Shown here in pieces: positions 1-12,900 of a stretch of DNA of 64,000 nucleotides (positions are counted from its first letter, which is position 1; the number at the start of each line of letters is the position of its first letter). A program made the translations under genes and the position numbers. The DNA is from Cyanophora paradoxa CCMP329 (Eukaryota > Plantae > Glaucophyta), in the NCBI GenBank assembly GCA_004431415.1, contig QPMI01000159.1, forward strand, positions 62,001 to 126,000. The letters run 5' to 3'. Below the pieces are notes generated by a model. The model did no database searches and had not been told where the DNA came from. It worked only from the letters and a program-made list of their open reading frames with translations.

Positions 1-507
1 GAAGCGCTAGCTAGCTATAGGCTGGAGGGCGGCGGCGCGGGGGCGGGGTGCGCATGCTGGAGGGCGGGGGCGGGGCGCTGGAGGGCGGGGCCGGGTCGAG
101 GCGCTGGTGCTGGAGGGCGGCGGCCACGAGCGGCGCCGGCCGGATCCGGAGGCGGGGTGCTGGAGAGCTCGCCGCGGCCGAGTACTAGTCGAGCAGCGGG
201 GGCGGGGCGCTCGAATTAGTTTGCGGCGGCTATCGATATCGATGCATGCGCATTAAATCGAGATCTCGCTATACCACAGGGTTAGCGGCTACGAGGCCAG
301 AGCTCGCGTCCGACGGTCTTCGAATTGGGCGTGCGCGTCGCCCGCCGGCGCGCCCTTCCTCTTGCGGTTGGCACTTTCCCTCTCCCATTGCTGCCTAGGA
401 CCTAGGAGATGAGGGAACAACGAACGCAGCGCTAGCGCTAGCCTCGAAATTCGAAGACGGTCAGGGGTACGCCCTCAAAAACTTGGCGCGACCAAGGCCC
501 GGTATCG

Positions 508-3500
508 ATGGCGAGCGCGGGCGTGAAGCGCGTGTCGAAGCAGCTTATTGAGGCGGAGGATGCAATTCCTTCGGAGCTCACGAAGCCCGCCTGGGGCGCC
601 GGCGCGCGGGACGGCTTTCTGCGCGACGCGAAGGCGGCGACGACAGCGGAGGATCTGAAGAGCGCGCTTAGCTCGTTTGTCGAGGTCTGCTCTGTCCCGT
701 CGCGTCGCGGGCCTGCCTGACGCATGTACGGGCAGCACCTGGACCACAGCGCCCTCGACAGCGCGGCGAGGAGCGATCTGCTGGCAAGCATACAGCGGAC
801 GAGCACAGTGGAGGGCGTCGGAGAACGCATCACAGAGCTGCTGAACGCGACCCGCAGCGCTGCGGTCGCGGAGGGCGGCGTGTGCGTGTTCGCGCCCGCT
901 CTCCCAAGCCCGCGGGAGGCTCAGCGTCTCGCGCAGGTCGAGGCGCGAATCGAGGCCGGCGGCCGGCCCCTCGGGCGTGCAGGCCGGGGTTCGCCCGGGG
1001 GCCCCCGCCGGCCCCGCCGGCCCCGAGCCGCCCCGCTGAGCGGGCGAGCGGCGCGCAGGGCCCGAACTCGAAGGCGGAAGACAGGCAAGCGGGGGACTGG
1101 TCGAGCGATGAGGGGGAGCCCGGGGGCGGCGAGGAGGACGGGGAGGAGGACGAGGACGAGGAGGACGAGGTGGACAGCCGGCGCGGGAGCGACCACGAGG
1201 AGCCGGACCTGAAGGCCTTTGGCCCCACGCTGGCCGCCAAGGACACGCGCACCGGCCGCTTCGTGCTCCCCCGCTCCGGCATCTGGGCCGCCGGCCTGAA
1301 CAAGGCGCGCGGGGCCGGGGCGGGGCCGGGGCTCGGCGACCCGCCTCCCGCCTCTCTCCACGGCTGATCGACGCGCCCCAAGCAGAACGGGCAGCTGGGG
1401 ATCGGGAGCGTGCGCTCGCAGCGGGGCCTGGCCTACGTCGCGGACCTCGACGGGCGCCGCATCGCCAGCATCGCCGCCGGCGCCTCCCACTCCATCGCCA
1501 TCACCGCCGCGTCCGCCCCTTCCTGTTCTCTTGGCCGCCCTCGCTGAGGGCGGGGCGGCAGGGGCCAGGTGTACACGTGGGGCGCCAACGCGGCGGGCCA
1601 GGCGGTGCACAGGGGCGTGCTGTACCAGCCGCGGCCCAAGGCGCCCGTGCTCCTCTCCTCGAAGCACACGCAGTTCGTCTCGGCGGCCGCCTCCGCGACC
1701 GTCTCTGTCTTTGCGTCTCTCGAGGGCGCCGCCTTCGTGTCGGGCGGGGAGGGGCCCCTGGGCGCCGCCGGGCGGCACGAGGTCAACGCGGCCGTGCCGC
1801 TGCCGCTCGGCACGCGCATCCGCTCCGTCGCCTGCGGCGCCGCCCACTTCCTCGCCCTTGCCTCCGACGGCGTCGTCTGGGCCTGGGTGCGCCCCGCCCG
1901 CCCCGCCCGCCCGCCCGCCCGCCTCGGCCCGTCCGCGCTCTTCGGCGGCCCACGCGGCGTCTCGCAGGGCTCAAACGAGTACGGGGCGTGCGGGCAGCCG
2001 GCGGACGAGCGGAAGGGCGGCGGGCGCGTGCCTGCGCCGCGCCGCGTCGAGGGGCTACCCCCCGTCGCCGCCCTCGCCGCCGGCTCCCGCCACTCTCTCT
2101 TCCTCTCCGGTACCCCCCGCCCCGCCCCGCTGCTCCTTCCCCGCCCCCGCTCCAGCTCACCGGGCCGCAGCGGAGGGCGGGCGGGTGCTGGCGTGCGGGG
2201 CGTCGGAGAGCGGGCAGCTGGGGCTCGGGCCCGGCCTAGAAAAGGTCCACGAGCCTCGGGAGGTACCCCCCGCCGCCTTCGACGGGCCAGTCTCCTCCAT
2301 CGCCGCCTGCGGGAGCCACAGCGCCGCCCTCTCCGCCGCCGGCACCGTCTACACGTGGGTACGCGATCTCGTCCCGCCCCGCCCTGCCTCGCCCCCTGCT
2401 TGCCCCGGCCCACGCGCCGCCTCGCAGGGCTGCAACCGGAACGGGCAGCTGGGCTGCGGCACCAAGGAGGGCCGGGCGGCCCCCGGGGCTATACCCCCGG
2501 AGGCCTTCGCCGGGCAGCCGGCGCGGGAGATCACCTGCGGCGAGTTCGCAACCGCCGCAGTCGTAGGCCGCAACGAGGTACCCCCCTCTGGGGGGCTCCG
2601 GCGAGGGGGGTACGCGCGCCCCAACCTCCCGCGCTGGCAGGTCTGGCTGTGGGGCTGGGGGGTGCTCCTGGCGCCCCTCGTGGAGGGCCCCGAGCTGCAG
2701 CGGGGGGAGGAGGCGGACGTGCTCGTACCCCGGCGGCTGCGGGTGGCGTTCGAGGCGGGGGCGGAGTACACGCCGGCGCTGGGCTCGGGCCACCTGCTGC
2801 TCCTCGCGCGAACGAAGCGGGAGGCTGAGGCGGCGCGGGGCGGCCCCGAGGCCCTCGCGGCGAAGCGGCGGCTGGTGGAGGCGCACGCGCGGGCGCAGCC
2901 GCCGCCCAAGCGGCAGGCGGCGGGCGAGGCGGGGGAGGGGGCGTCGCCCGAGGAGGCGCGCTCGGTGCGGGAGGGGCTGCGCCGCCTCCGCGGCGAGATG
3001 CGCGAGCACGGGGTCTCCTCCGCCACGCTGGCCGCGCAGCCCCACCGGGACGCCTGGCGCTGGGCCCGGCCCCTCGCAGAGCTCTTCGCCCGCGCCGCGG
3101 GGGCCGGCGCCGCCCCCGGGGCGCGCCGCGTACCCCCCCACCACCGCCTCCCCGGCGAGTGGACCTCCGTGGAGCACGCGGCCGCCGTCGCGTACCTCTC
3201 CGCTGCCCGCCTCCTCGCACCCGGGCCCCACGGTACCCCTCTGCCTCCCCCCCCCCCGGGCCCGTTTTCCGGTACCCAATTGGCGCAGGCCCGGCGGTGG
3301 TGGAGCCTCACTCCCTCTCCGAACTCCCGCGGCTCCTCCCCTCCGCCCCGCCGCCCGTACCCTCCGACGAGGCGGCCGTACCCCCCTCCCTCCTGAGCAT
3401 GGCGAGGGCCGCCAGCCCCGGGGACGCCCCCGCGCCGGCGGGCGTACCCGGGGCGGTCCCCTGCGCCCACGAGCCCCTTCTCGAGCGCCTCATCCTGCTC

Positions 3501-3667
3501 CACCACCACGCCATCGACGCGCGTCCCCCGTACCCCCCCGCGCCTGACCTCCGGGATCGGGATCTGAGTACCCCCCGCAGGAGCTGAACGCGCTGCGGCG
3601 GGCGGTGGAGCACGAGCGGGCGCGCCGCAAGGCCCTCGAGCGCATCGTCGCGCGCCTCGCGCAGTGA
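508..3667 (+). CDS. RCC1/BLIP-II beta-propeller repeat protein with acidic N-terminal region and C-terminal coiled coil (multi-exon)
   Basis: Spliced exons give repeated RCC1 motifs: 'NGQLGIG...IASIAAGASHS', 'VYTWGANAAGQ', 'SVACGAAHFLAL..DGVVWAWGSNEYGACG', 'LAAGSRHSLFL', 'GASESGQLGLG', 'VYTWGCNRNGQLG'. Last exon ELNALRRAVEHERARRKALERIVARLAQ* (TGA 3665-3667). Confidence 0.85.
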
Positions 3668-4166
3668 TGCCGATGCCGATGCCGGCGCCGGCGCCTCTAG
3701 CTAGCTTGATCTTGCGGTCGACGTCGCTCTGGTAATCCCACCCTTCCTCCTGCCGGATGCATGATCGTCTGCATGATGCCGATGCCGGCGCCTGTTGATA
3801 TACGTATTTATTCTCTAAATCTTGCGGTCGCTCTTCGAATTCCCGCTCTTGACTTCCTCCTCTCTGTGCTTCTTTTTCAACCCGGTGACCGCTTGCAGTT
3901 GCTGCTTGTTTACCATCCATATGTTACATTAAGACATTGCACTTCAGTCACAGGTGGGGGCTCATGCGACTCGAGAGATACGTATACGAGGCCATTTACG
4001 GACGAATATACCTTCTTAAGCAGAAATGTACGCTACATACGCAGATATACATGCTACTTAAGCTCTTCACTGTTAGCTTTAAAGAATTGCCAAGGGCGCC
4101 GACTGGGCGCCCCGGGAGATAGGAAATGCGACGCCGATACGCCGAGCATTCGAAGGCTCGACGAGG

Positions 4167-7100
4167 CTACCAGCAACCGGGGATGGGGTCCGGCGGGACG
4201 GGCGGGTAGCCTGCGAGCGCGTCAGACGCGAGCGGGCCCGCGCGGGGAGGGGAGGAGGAAGGGGTACCCAGCCGGTTCATGGCCAGGTCGAAGTCCTGGG
4301 GTACGACACGCCCGCCGGGACGCTCCCCAGCCACCGCGCGGGACATGACTGCGGCGAAAGCGGTCGGGAGGGGGGGGGGGGGGGGGGGGGGGGGGGCGGG
4401 GCGGCGGCGGCGGAGAGGGCCCGGCGCACCGTCGCGCCACTTGGCGATCACGTCACGCTTCACGACGGCGTTGTACTCCCGCATGCGGCGGCTGACCTCT
4501 GCAAGACCCCCAAAGAAGTGAGGGACCAAAGTGGGGGAAGGGAAGGGGGGGTACACTGCACCTGCGAGGTCGGTTGAAGTGACGAGCTCGATGAGGTGCT
4601 CCCAGGAGTCGAAGTACTGGATGTGGGGCCACGTGTAGAAGTCCGCGTACTGGAACCAGCGAACGAAGTCTGAAGGGGGTGCAGTCATTCAGGGCGCCGG
4701 CAGCGCGCCGGGCCGGCGCTTGTTCGCTCGCGGAGCGTGGGGCGTACCCTCGCAGGCCTCGGAGTTGGGGTTGAAGGGCGTGTAGGGGGCTACGATCGGC
4801 TCGGGCCGCCCGTAGATCCGCTCCTGCGTGCTGCGAGAAGAAGCCGGCGGTGAGGGAGGCCTCCTCTCGTAACAGGAACCGGGCGGGTTCGAAGGGCGGG
4901 TTCGAGGGGCGGCGCACATGCCGTACTCCACCTCCCATTGGATGAGGAGCTTGAGGGAGGGGAAGAAGAGGGGGATGTTCATCCGGTAGTACTCGAACCT
5001 GGCCGGGGTCAGAGGGGGATACGGGAGGTTGGATTGGAAGGGGGTACGGGGCACCAGGACATGACGGAGAGCTGGTAGGGGATGTTGACGATCATCGGGT
5101 GCCTCGCGAGGTCCGGCAGGTCGTATCTGTACCCCCGCCCCCGCTCAGAGCCCAGTACCCCCCCGGCGGCCGGGCCGGAGGACGCCGTGCGCACCCGCTG
5201 GGGTAGACCTCGCCGATGAAGCGGAAGAGGTACTCGCGGTCGCGGCGGAGGCCCTCGCGCCGGACGACGCGCTCGAGCTCGCGGATGAGGGGGTGCCGCC
5301 GGCGCTGGCCGACGGTCTCCCCCAGGCTGTTCCGGTAGGGCCCCAGCAGGATCTCCGGCCGCGTCGCCCCCATCAGCGTCCACCCGAACTGCTCCGCGTA
5401 CCCGCACCTGCGCGCGCCGGCCCGTCGGCGCGAACCGAGCCGAAGAACAGGGGGGGGTACCAGGAGGGGAGGAAGACGGCGTCGACGCCGGTGTGGTACT
5501 TGATGTAGCGGACGTCGAAGGGGCTGTTGGCGGCTACCGTGTTCCGCGGGTTCCGCGCGATCTGAAGAACGAACCAACTCAAAAAAGCGAAGCAGAGAAG
5601 AGGGGCGGAAGAGAGGGGCGGAAGGGGGCGGGCCTTCTGGAGGACGGCGGCCCACTCGGTCCAGCGGGAGGCGCTCCGCTCGTTGATCATGCGCCGCCGC
5701 CACCAGACCTGCCGGGGGACAGATCCGATCAGATCAGATGGGGTCGGGTGGGGTCGAATCTGAACGCGCCTTCTCGTCGTGGCGCCCGAACTCGAGCCGC
5801 GTCGTCGCGTGCACCACGATCGACCTGTACCCCCGCGGGTTCGAGGGCGGTACGCAATCGATGAGAAGGGAGGGAGAGGGGAGTACGCGCTTGTTGAAGG
5901 GGAGGAAGAGCTCGCAGTTCGCCGCCGGGTGCGAGCAGATGAAGACGTCCACCTGGGGGAAGAAAGTCATCCCTCCGGGAGGGGGGGGGGGGGGGGACAA
6001 GAAGGGGGGGGATACGAGAAAGGGACGGGATGGGGAGCACCTTTGCCATGTCCGCATCCCCCTTGTACGCGTCGAAGAACTCCCTGCGGGGCGCGGGTTC
6101 GGATCGGGGCGGTCGACGGAGCGAGCCGGGGAGGCGGGGCGCGGCTGGCGCGCCTCCGCATGCGGTTCGGGCACGGATCCAAGCTGAACCCGCGCCAGTT
6201 GTCAAACGAGAAGACCTGGGCGGAGCACGTCGGCGAGGGGTACGGCATGAAAGAGCGGGGTCCCACCTTGAGGTCGGCGGCGCAGACGTCCCAGTACTTG
6301 CAGTTGGGAAAGTCCACGCGCGCCTGGGGGGTACGTCGTCGGTTGGGCGGGAGCGGCAGGGGGAAGGAGGGAAGGGGGGTACCGCGACGTTGACGCCGAG
6401 GTACCGGAGCGCGTCCATGTTGCACATGATAGGCGCGGCATCTGGGGGCCGGGGTCGCAATGAGGGTAGGGGTACGAGATCTCGGGAAGGCCGCGCACGG
6501 AGGTCGTTGTTCCACGCGGTGTACCCCGGGAAAGAGTCCTTGTAGGAGGCGATCTCCTTGTCGTCGGGGGCGTGGGTTCGGTTCCCGGAGTCGATCAGAT
6601 TTGGGACGCGCAGGTCCTCCTCCGCAATCGCTGTGCCCCCCCGTCAGGAGGGGGCGGGAAGAAAGGGGTACGCGAGGGCGCACAGGGGGAGGGCTCGTCG
6701 GGGGGGTCGGAGGCGGGGGCCCGCTCGAGCCACAGGTACTCCAGCGAGTCCCGCACGATGGCCTTGGCCCCGACGGACTTGTCGTGGCGGAAGACGACCT
6801 GCGGGGATTCGAACCGGCGCGGGAGCGCGCGTTCAGCGGAGAGGGGGGTACCTTGACCCAGAGCTCCGCGGAGGCGGCGCCCTCGAGCTCCGTGATCACG
6901 ATCTGCCCGGACGCGACCTGTTACGAAAAGAAAGGAAAAGGAAGGAAAAGGAGCGGAAAGGGACCTCGCGGAGGCGGTTGCGGCCGACGAAGAGGGCGCC
7001 GTCGCGCACGGTGAAGGCGTCGGCGTCCAGGGCCGTCCAGTTGCCGGGCGCGCCGGCCGGCGCGAAGGAGAGGCGCCAGACGACGAGGTAGGGCGTCGGG

Positions 7101-8026
7101 GGCGGCTGCGCGCTCTGTCGGGGCTCCAGGGAGCCCCGGACGCGAAGAACGGGGAAGCCCTTCACGGGGTGGATGCGCAGGATCTGCAGGCGCGGGGTCG
7201 GTGGCCGGGGCGGGGGCCCGGGATCCAATCCCGCGCGGCGGGCGGGAGTGGGGGCCTGGGGCGGGCGCTCGCGCACGTGCGTGTCTACGAAGGTGGGGTC
7301 GTCCCACGAGTCCGTCCAGTGCGTCTCGAACTCGTTTCGGAAGGAGGCGTACGTCCCGAAGGCGTTGTGCTTGTACTCGTAGAGTGAGGACTTGGGGACG
7401 GGGAAGACGCCGGCCGGCGGCGGGCCGGCCGCCGCCTCCGACCTCGAGAGGGCCGACGACGGCTCCGCGAGGAGGCGGCGGAGGGCCGAGCGGCGGTGCG
7501 GGCGGGACGCGACGGCCGGCAGCTCGGCCGGCCGCGCCGCGCAGTAGCGGGACCAGGCGCCCCAGTACGAGAACGTCACTTCAACGGATTCCGAGGAGGC
7601 CAGCGAGGGCTGCACGTGCGTCGTGTGGCGGTTGATGCCGGGCTGGGCCCGATCCGCCGACCGCTGGAACGCCGACGCCCGCGTCAGGAGGATCATGCGC
7701 CGCGCGCCGAATCTCGCCAGGTCGCTGAACCAGACGGCAGTCGAGACATTGGCCAGGACAGGCGCCTCGTCGAGCGCGACCTCTTCCGAGAGAGCGTAGC
7801 GCGACCAGAGCTGCGAGAGCTGGGCCAAGTCTGCTGCGACTGCATCGGTCGCTGTCCTCTGTGCAACGAAGTACAGCGGCAGCGACACCAGCTTGCTCAC
7901 GCCGAGCGTGAGAACCATCGCCCTGCAATTGCCGCTCTCGTGAGACGCGCGACCTCTCCGAGCCTGGGACACCACAGAGCGCGGAACGCACCAGAATAAG
8001 CTAACCCATCTCCTGCGGCGAGGCAT
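4167..8026 (-). CDS. Type II membrane protein, putative glycosyltransferase-like (multi-exon)
   Basis: ATG 8026; splicing gives MPRRRRWVSLFW|AMVLTLGVSKLVSLPLYF (signal anchor). Conserved-looking blocks VDVFICSHPAANCELFLPFNK, TVAANSPFDVRYIKYHTG, DLARHPMIVNIPYQLSVMSWFEYYRMNIPLFFPS and WFQYADFYTWPHIQYFDSWEHL. Family assignment is tentative. Confidence 0.6.
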
Positions 8027-8292
8027 CGCGGCCGCTGGGCGCTTCGCGGCCCCGCCGCGCGAGTCGCCGCGCACTTCGCAAGTTGCACGGCAGGGCGCGC
8101 CGCTGCTACGCAGCGCATCCGCCTGCCTAGCAGCTGACGCTCGCCGCCGGATTGTATGCGCCGTTCTTCTTGCTCAAGCAAAGCGTTTTTGAGGATTGGG
8201 GCCTGCAAACGTTCCGACTCGCGCTCGCCTCGCAGGATGTGCCGGATGCGCACACCGTCAATGCCGAATGTCCGCGGATGTGCCGAATTCGA

Positions 8293-9444
8293 ATGCCAGG
8301 CAGCGGCTGGGCGAGGAAGGTGCTCAGGCGGGGGGGTACAGCCCAACAGAAGAAGCGGTATCTAGTTTCCGATATACCTCATCTGACAGGACGCGCCAGC
8401 AACCACATCAGCGCAACAAAACCGCGGCCGATTTCCGACGCCGACCAGCGCTCGTCCCACAGTTTCGCCGAAGCAACCGCCAACCGCAGATTCGTCGATG
8501 CATATCGAACTGCCGTGAGCGGGGCCCACGCCAGACTCTTGCGCAGACTTCCTCTCGACTTACAGGGGCCTTTACGCAGGATTGGAGGCGCCGAGTTCGA
8601 GGGCAAGAGCCGCGCGCTGCCAGCGGGCCGGTCAACTCCGCGTCAGCTCGGCGGCCGGTCACCGTCTCTGCTCGGAGCGGCGCTTGACACCTGCAGACGG
8701 GGCTCTGAGGGCGACGAGGTGCGCGCACGAGAGCGAGCTCCTGGCCAGGTGAACGAGAACCGACCATTGCGCAATCAGGCCTGCGGCGTCCAGGCGCCCC
8801 AGAAGAGCGCTCCGTACCTCGAATGGACGACGCACGAAGGCGCACGGGGCCTCGCGCTCTACGAGGGCGCGTCCCCGGGCCTGCTCGCTCTGGTGGAGCT
8901 CGTGGAGGAGTTCGAGCTCCCGCACGGATGCGCGGCCGTCCTCCTGGCCCGGGCGCCGGAGAGGCTGCCCCGGGGCGAGCGCAAGGTTCCTGCCTTCTCC
9001 CCGCTCGGTTTCGAATTCCGCGGAGGCAGCGCTCTGAATTCTATCTCTTTCCCTTCGCAGGCGCTGGCGGTCTCCGTCGAGCGGTTCGCCGCGGCGCGCG
9101 CGGCGGCGTTCGACGCCGACGAGGGCGCTGAGCTCGTGGCCGCGTGCTGCGGGGCGGTGGAGTGGGCCGGCGACGGCTTCCGCGGCACGGCCGTCGTCGA
9201 CGTCGCGGCCGACGACGACTGTGGGGACGCGGCGGAGGCGGCTGGCGACCTCTCTCTGCCCCCGGCCTGCCTCGCCCTCGCGCTTGTCCGCGAGCACCTA
9301 TCCGACTCCGAGCGCGAGGTGCGACCCCTGTATACCCCCCCGCCCCGCCGCCCCGGGCCCCGGAGCCCCCGGCGCCTGACTTCTCCCTGCCCCGTACGCG
9401 CGCAGGCCCTCTCGCGGCACGCGGCGAGCATCCTGGGGCTCTGA
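8293..9444 (+). CDS. Hypothetical protein (spliced; start uncertain)
   Basis: Long ORF 8152-9444 with plausible in-frame introns near 8985-9060 and 9319-9405 and coding-like codon use in the 3' half (YLEWTTHEGARGLALYEGASPGLLALVELVEEF). No family recognised. Confidence 0.4.
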   Translation: MPGSGWARKVLRRGGTAQQKKRYLVSDIPHLTGRASNHISATKPRPISDADQRSSHSFAEATANRRFVDAYRTAVSGAHARLLRRLPLDLQGPLRRIGGAEFEGKSRALPAGRSTPRQLGGRSPSLLGAALDTCRRGSEGDEVRARERAPGQVNENRPLRNQACGVQAPQKSAPYLEWTTHEGARGLALYEGASPGLLALVELVEEFELPHGCAAVLLARAPERLPRGERKVPAFSPLGFEFRGGSALNSISFPSQALAVSVERFAAARAAAFDADEGAELVAACCGAVEWAGDGFRGTAVVDVAADDDCGDAAEAAGDLSLPPACLALALVREHLSDSEREVRPLYTPPPRRPGPRSPRRLTSPCPVRAQALSRHAASILGL

Positions 9445-9992
9445 GCACGCGACGCCAGCGCGCCGCCTGTACGCGTCCTCCTCTGCTTCCAGCCCCGTCA
9501 TCGTCTTCCCCGTACCCATCGTCTTGCGCCTCGCCCCGCCTCGTCCCAGCACCCTGCCTTTGAATCGGCCCCCGCGCTACTCCGCCAGTTTTCGTCCAGA
9601 GTGCATCCTTGCGCTCGCTCAGTTTTTTCCTCCGCCAGCTCGTCGCTGGCCTTGAATTTCCGCTCGTATCTTATCTGTACATGCTGTTGTATTCTCTGGT
9701 ACATTTTTCTTGTCGTAGGTGCATCTCCTGGTGGATGGATCAAATATCTGCCCGCGTGTACACATCCACTTTGTCAGTTCCTTTTCGCTCGTGTCGTGAT
9801 CCTAGTCCTGAGTGTAAATATATTGTTCTCTGACGTCGACCGCTTAAGCTTTTCAGTCTCATCGAGCCCCATGCAGACAGCAAGCGCCTTAGCTTGGAGC
9901 TGATCATGAGTGCGCTGGCTGCATGGAAGTGCTCACAGGCCCTTAAGCTCTTAAACAAGCTGATACGTATACATACTATGATAGGACTGCGG

Positions 9993-12900
9993 CTACGCTG
10001 ATTCGGAGGCGAGGGCGGCGACGAGGGCGCGGCAGTGCCGCTCGACGCCGGCGGCGGCGTGGGCCCAGAAGGCGGGGCCGGCGGGGTCGCCCTCGGGCCC
10101 CAGCGCTTTTGCGAGGCTCGCGCCGGCCGGCCGCGCCCCCGCGTCGGCCGCGAGGGCCGCCAGGCGCGGCGCGAAGGCCTCGGGGCCCCCCGCTCCCCGC
10201 TCCAGCTCCGCCATCGCCGCGCCCGCCAGCAGCCCGAACCTGCCCGCAGGTGAGCAACAAACCCCCGCCCCGGATTCGAATCCGCGCACCGCTCGGAGAA
10301 GCGCGCGCTGCGCTCCGGGGCCTGCAGCGCCTCGGCCCACACCGGCGGGCTCGCCTCCGGCAGCGAGGCCAGCACACCCCCGTACCAGTTCGCCAGGCTC
10401 TGCGGTGTGTTTTGGGGGGAGAAGGGCTCAGGGGTACCGTTCGCACTGCCCAGGGGGTATGATAACTTACGGCGGAGAGAAGGGAGGGCATGCGGCGGGC
10501 CGTCGCCTCCTTCACCTGAGCAAATTTGAGCGCGCGGAAAAAATGGGGGGGCGGAGGGGCAGGGAGGGGTACGGGCCTCGTCGCTGGCGTTGAGCCCCTC
10601 GATCGCCAGCACCGCTCTGCGGGGGTGCCGTTCCGGTGCGGTCTGCGAGGCGGGTGGGGGGAGGAGAGGAACGGGGGGTACCGCTGGAAGTCGTGGAGGG
10701 CGGGGAGGAAGAGGCCGAGGCGGACGAGGCGGCGGGCGGAGCGGAGGGCGGCCGCGAGGCGCCGGCCCGGGTCCTCCTGCACGCCCGCCGCCCCGTCAGT
10801 CAGCGGCCGGCGCCCTTTGAAGAAGCGCCCTTTAAGAAGCCTCTAAGAAGCCTTTAAGAAGCGCCCTTGAAGCTTTAAAGAAGCGCTCGGAGAGGCGTGG
10901 AAGGCGCGCACGTGTTTCAGGGCGGCGCGGACGGCCTTGAGCTCGAAGAACGTGGCGATGGCGCCCTCCAGAGCCTCCGCCCCGCCCCGCACCCGGAACC
11001 TGGCTCGGCTCGGATCGGCTCGGATCGGATCGCATCGGATCGGATCGGCCCTCGCTAATGGCCGCAGAGGAAGGAGGGGAGGGGAAGGGAGGAGTATCCT
11101 CGCACGGGTCGTGGGGCCCCAAATCGAACCCGTCCGAGCCGCCTGCGGTTGGAGGGGTACCGGTCAGCGGGGGACGGGTCTGGAAATATGGTCTAGAGGG
11201 CGTACCCCGCTCGACTAGGAGGTACTCGTACTCCTCCAAAGCCCACCGCTTGCTGTCATACCTGTGTGCGGACGTTGTACCCCTGAGGAACCGCGTCCCC
11301 GGAGCCCCATTGCTGCCCCGCCCCCCCCCCCCCCCCCCGCCCGCTCACACCTCAAGGCGACCACGCCCCGTCTCCGGCGCTCCTCCTCGACGTAGAGACG
11401 GCTGCGGCGAAAGGCAATCAGGCCGGGAGCAAGGGGGGGGGGGTACCGCGAGCACCCAAAGAGGTGGGCCAGAGACCCCTCGTCGATGGGGGATCTGAGT
11501 TCAGAGTTCAGAAAAGGGCCCGGTCGGATTCGATCCGACCTGTACGAGCGAACCGGACGCCGCCGAGCTTGACGTAGACCGCGTAGGGGGTACCCGTCCG
11601 CATTGAGACGCGTACCCCGGTCCTGCATTCGGAGGAGCGGTACGGTTCGACCAAGCTCGGTTCAAATCGGGGGAGCGATGAAGGGCGGGCCTGAAGAGGG
11701 TAGAGAGGTCCCACCGCTGCCTGCGAAAAGCTCATCAAACCGAACGGGCGAAAAAGAAAGGAAGAGGGAGGGCGCACGGGGCCGGCGGGGGCGCTTCGGG
11801 CTCCTCCTCATTCCCCCCCGTCTCGCCTTCAGCCCCGGCTCCGGCCTCGCCCCCGGCCTCGCCCTCGCCCTCGCCCGCTCCGGCCTCCATGTCCGCCTCG
11901 CACCACTCCTTCGTCTCGATCGACCGGATCGCTGCGCAGAAAGGCTCGGGCGGGCCGTGCGGGGCGGGGCGGGGCGGGGCGGGGCGGACCGAAGCGGCGC
12001 TGCTCGATGGCCTCCCTTATGGCCCCGTCGTACGCCGGGCCCAGCGCCTCCAGTACCCCCCGCACCTGGGGAAGGGGGGGGGGGGAGATGTTACGAGGGG
12101 TACGAGGAGGAAGTGGGAGGGAAGGGGTTCGGGGTACCGCCTCGCGGTCGGCCTCGAGGGCGGAGTTGGGGGGTACGGGCCCGAGGCCCCTTCGCGCCGC
12201 CTGCGCGGCCGGCGAGCTGCCCGTGGGCTCCTGCGCCCCAAAAGAAGAAGAAGAAGAAGAAGAAGAACATTGAGATGCGCTCGGCTCAAGCTTCGCTCAG
12301 CGGGGCGGGGCGGGGCGGGGCGCACGCGGGCGAGGGCGTAGTCCTCGGCCCCGAGGCGGCCCCCCTCGTAGAGGGCCGCCCCCGCCGCCCCCGCCACCTC
12401 CCGCACCGCCCCCCTGCCCCCCCTTCGAATTCCCGCGCCTCGCTTGGCCCGGGGGGACGCAGCAGCAGCGCACGCGAGGCCGGCCTGGGCGGAGGATACC
12501 GCCTCCACGGCGTCGGGGGGTACCTGCGCCTCCTCCGCCGCGCACTCCTCCGCAGACTGGCGCGGGGAGCGGGGGTCGGGGGCAGGGGAGAGGGGGCGCG
12601 CGGGGGCGGGGCGGGGCGGGGGGCGGCGGGCACCAGCCCGCCCCGTTCCCGGATTTCCTGCTCGACGACCGAGAGGAAGCGCCCGTACCCCACCACGTGC
12701 TCCCAGGGGGGCAGCTCCTGCGCGCGTACCCCCCTCAGAAAAGGCTCACTTCAGATGAGTCGGGGGGTACGCTGCGGGCCTGGAGCCGTTCTATGCGCGA
12801 GTCGCCCGTGTCCGCCACGAGTGACATCATGTTCGAGACCGCGTTCGCCTCCTGGGGGGGAAGCGAGTCAGAGATGAGAGGGGGACGTCGGGCGGGGGGG

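Noticed and set aside
21-125. GCTGGAGGGCGG repeated about four times at the window start
   Set aside because: Degenerate GC-rich minisatellite with no further structure; not telomeric.
10815-12270. Short tandem repeats (TTTAAGAAGC-like at 10815-10885, (TCGGA)n at 11005-11050, (AAG)n at 12243-12268)
   Set aside because: Ordinary intronic micro- and minisatellites.
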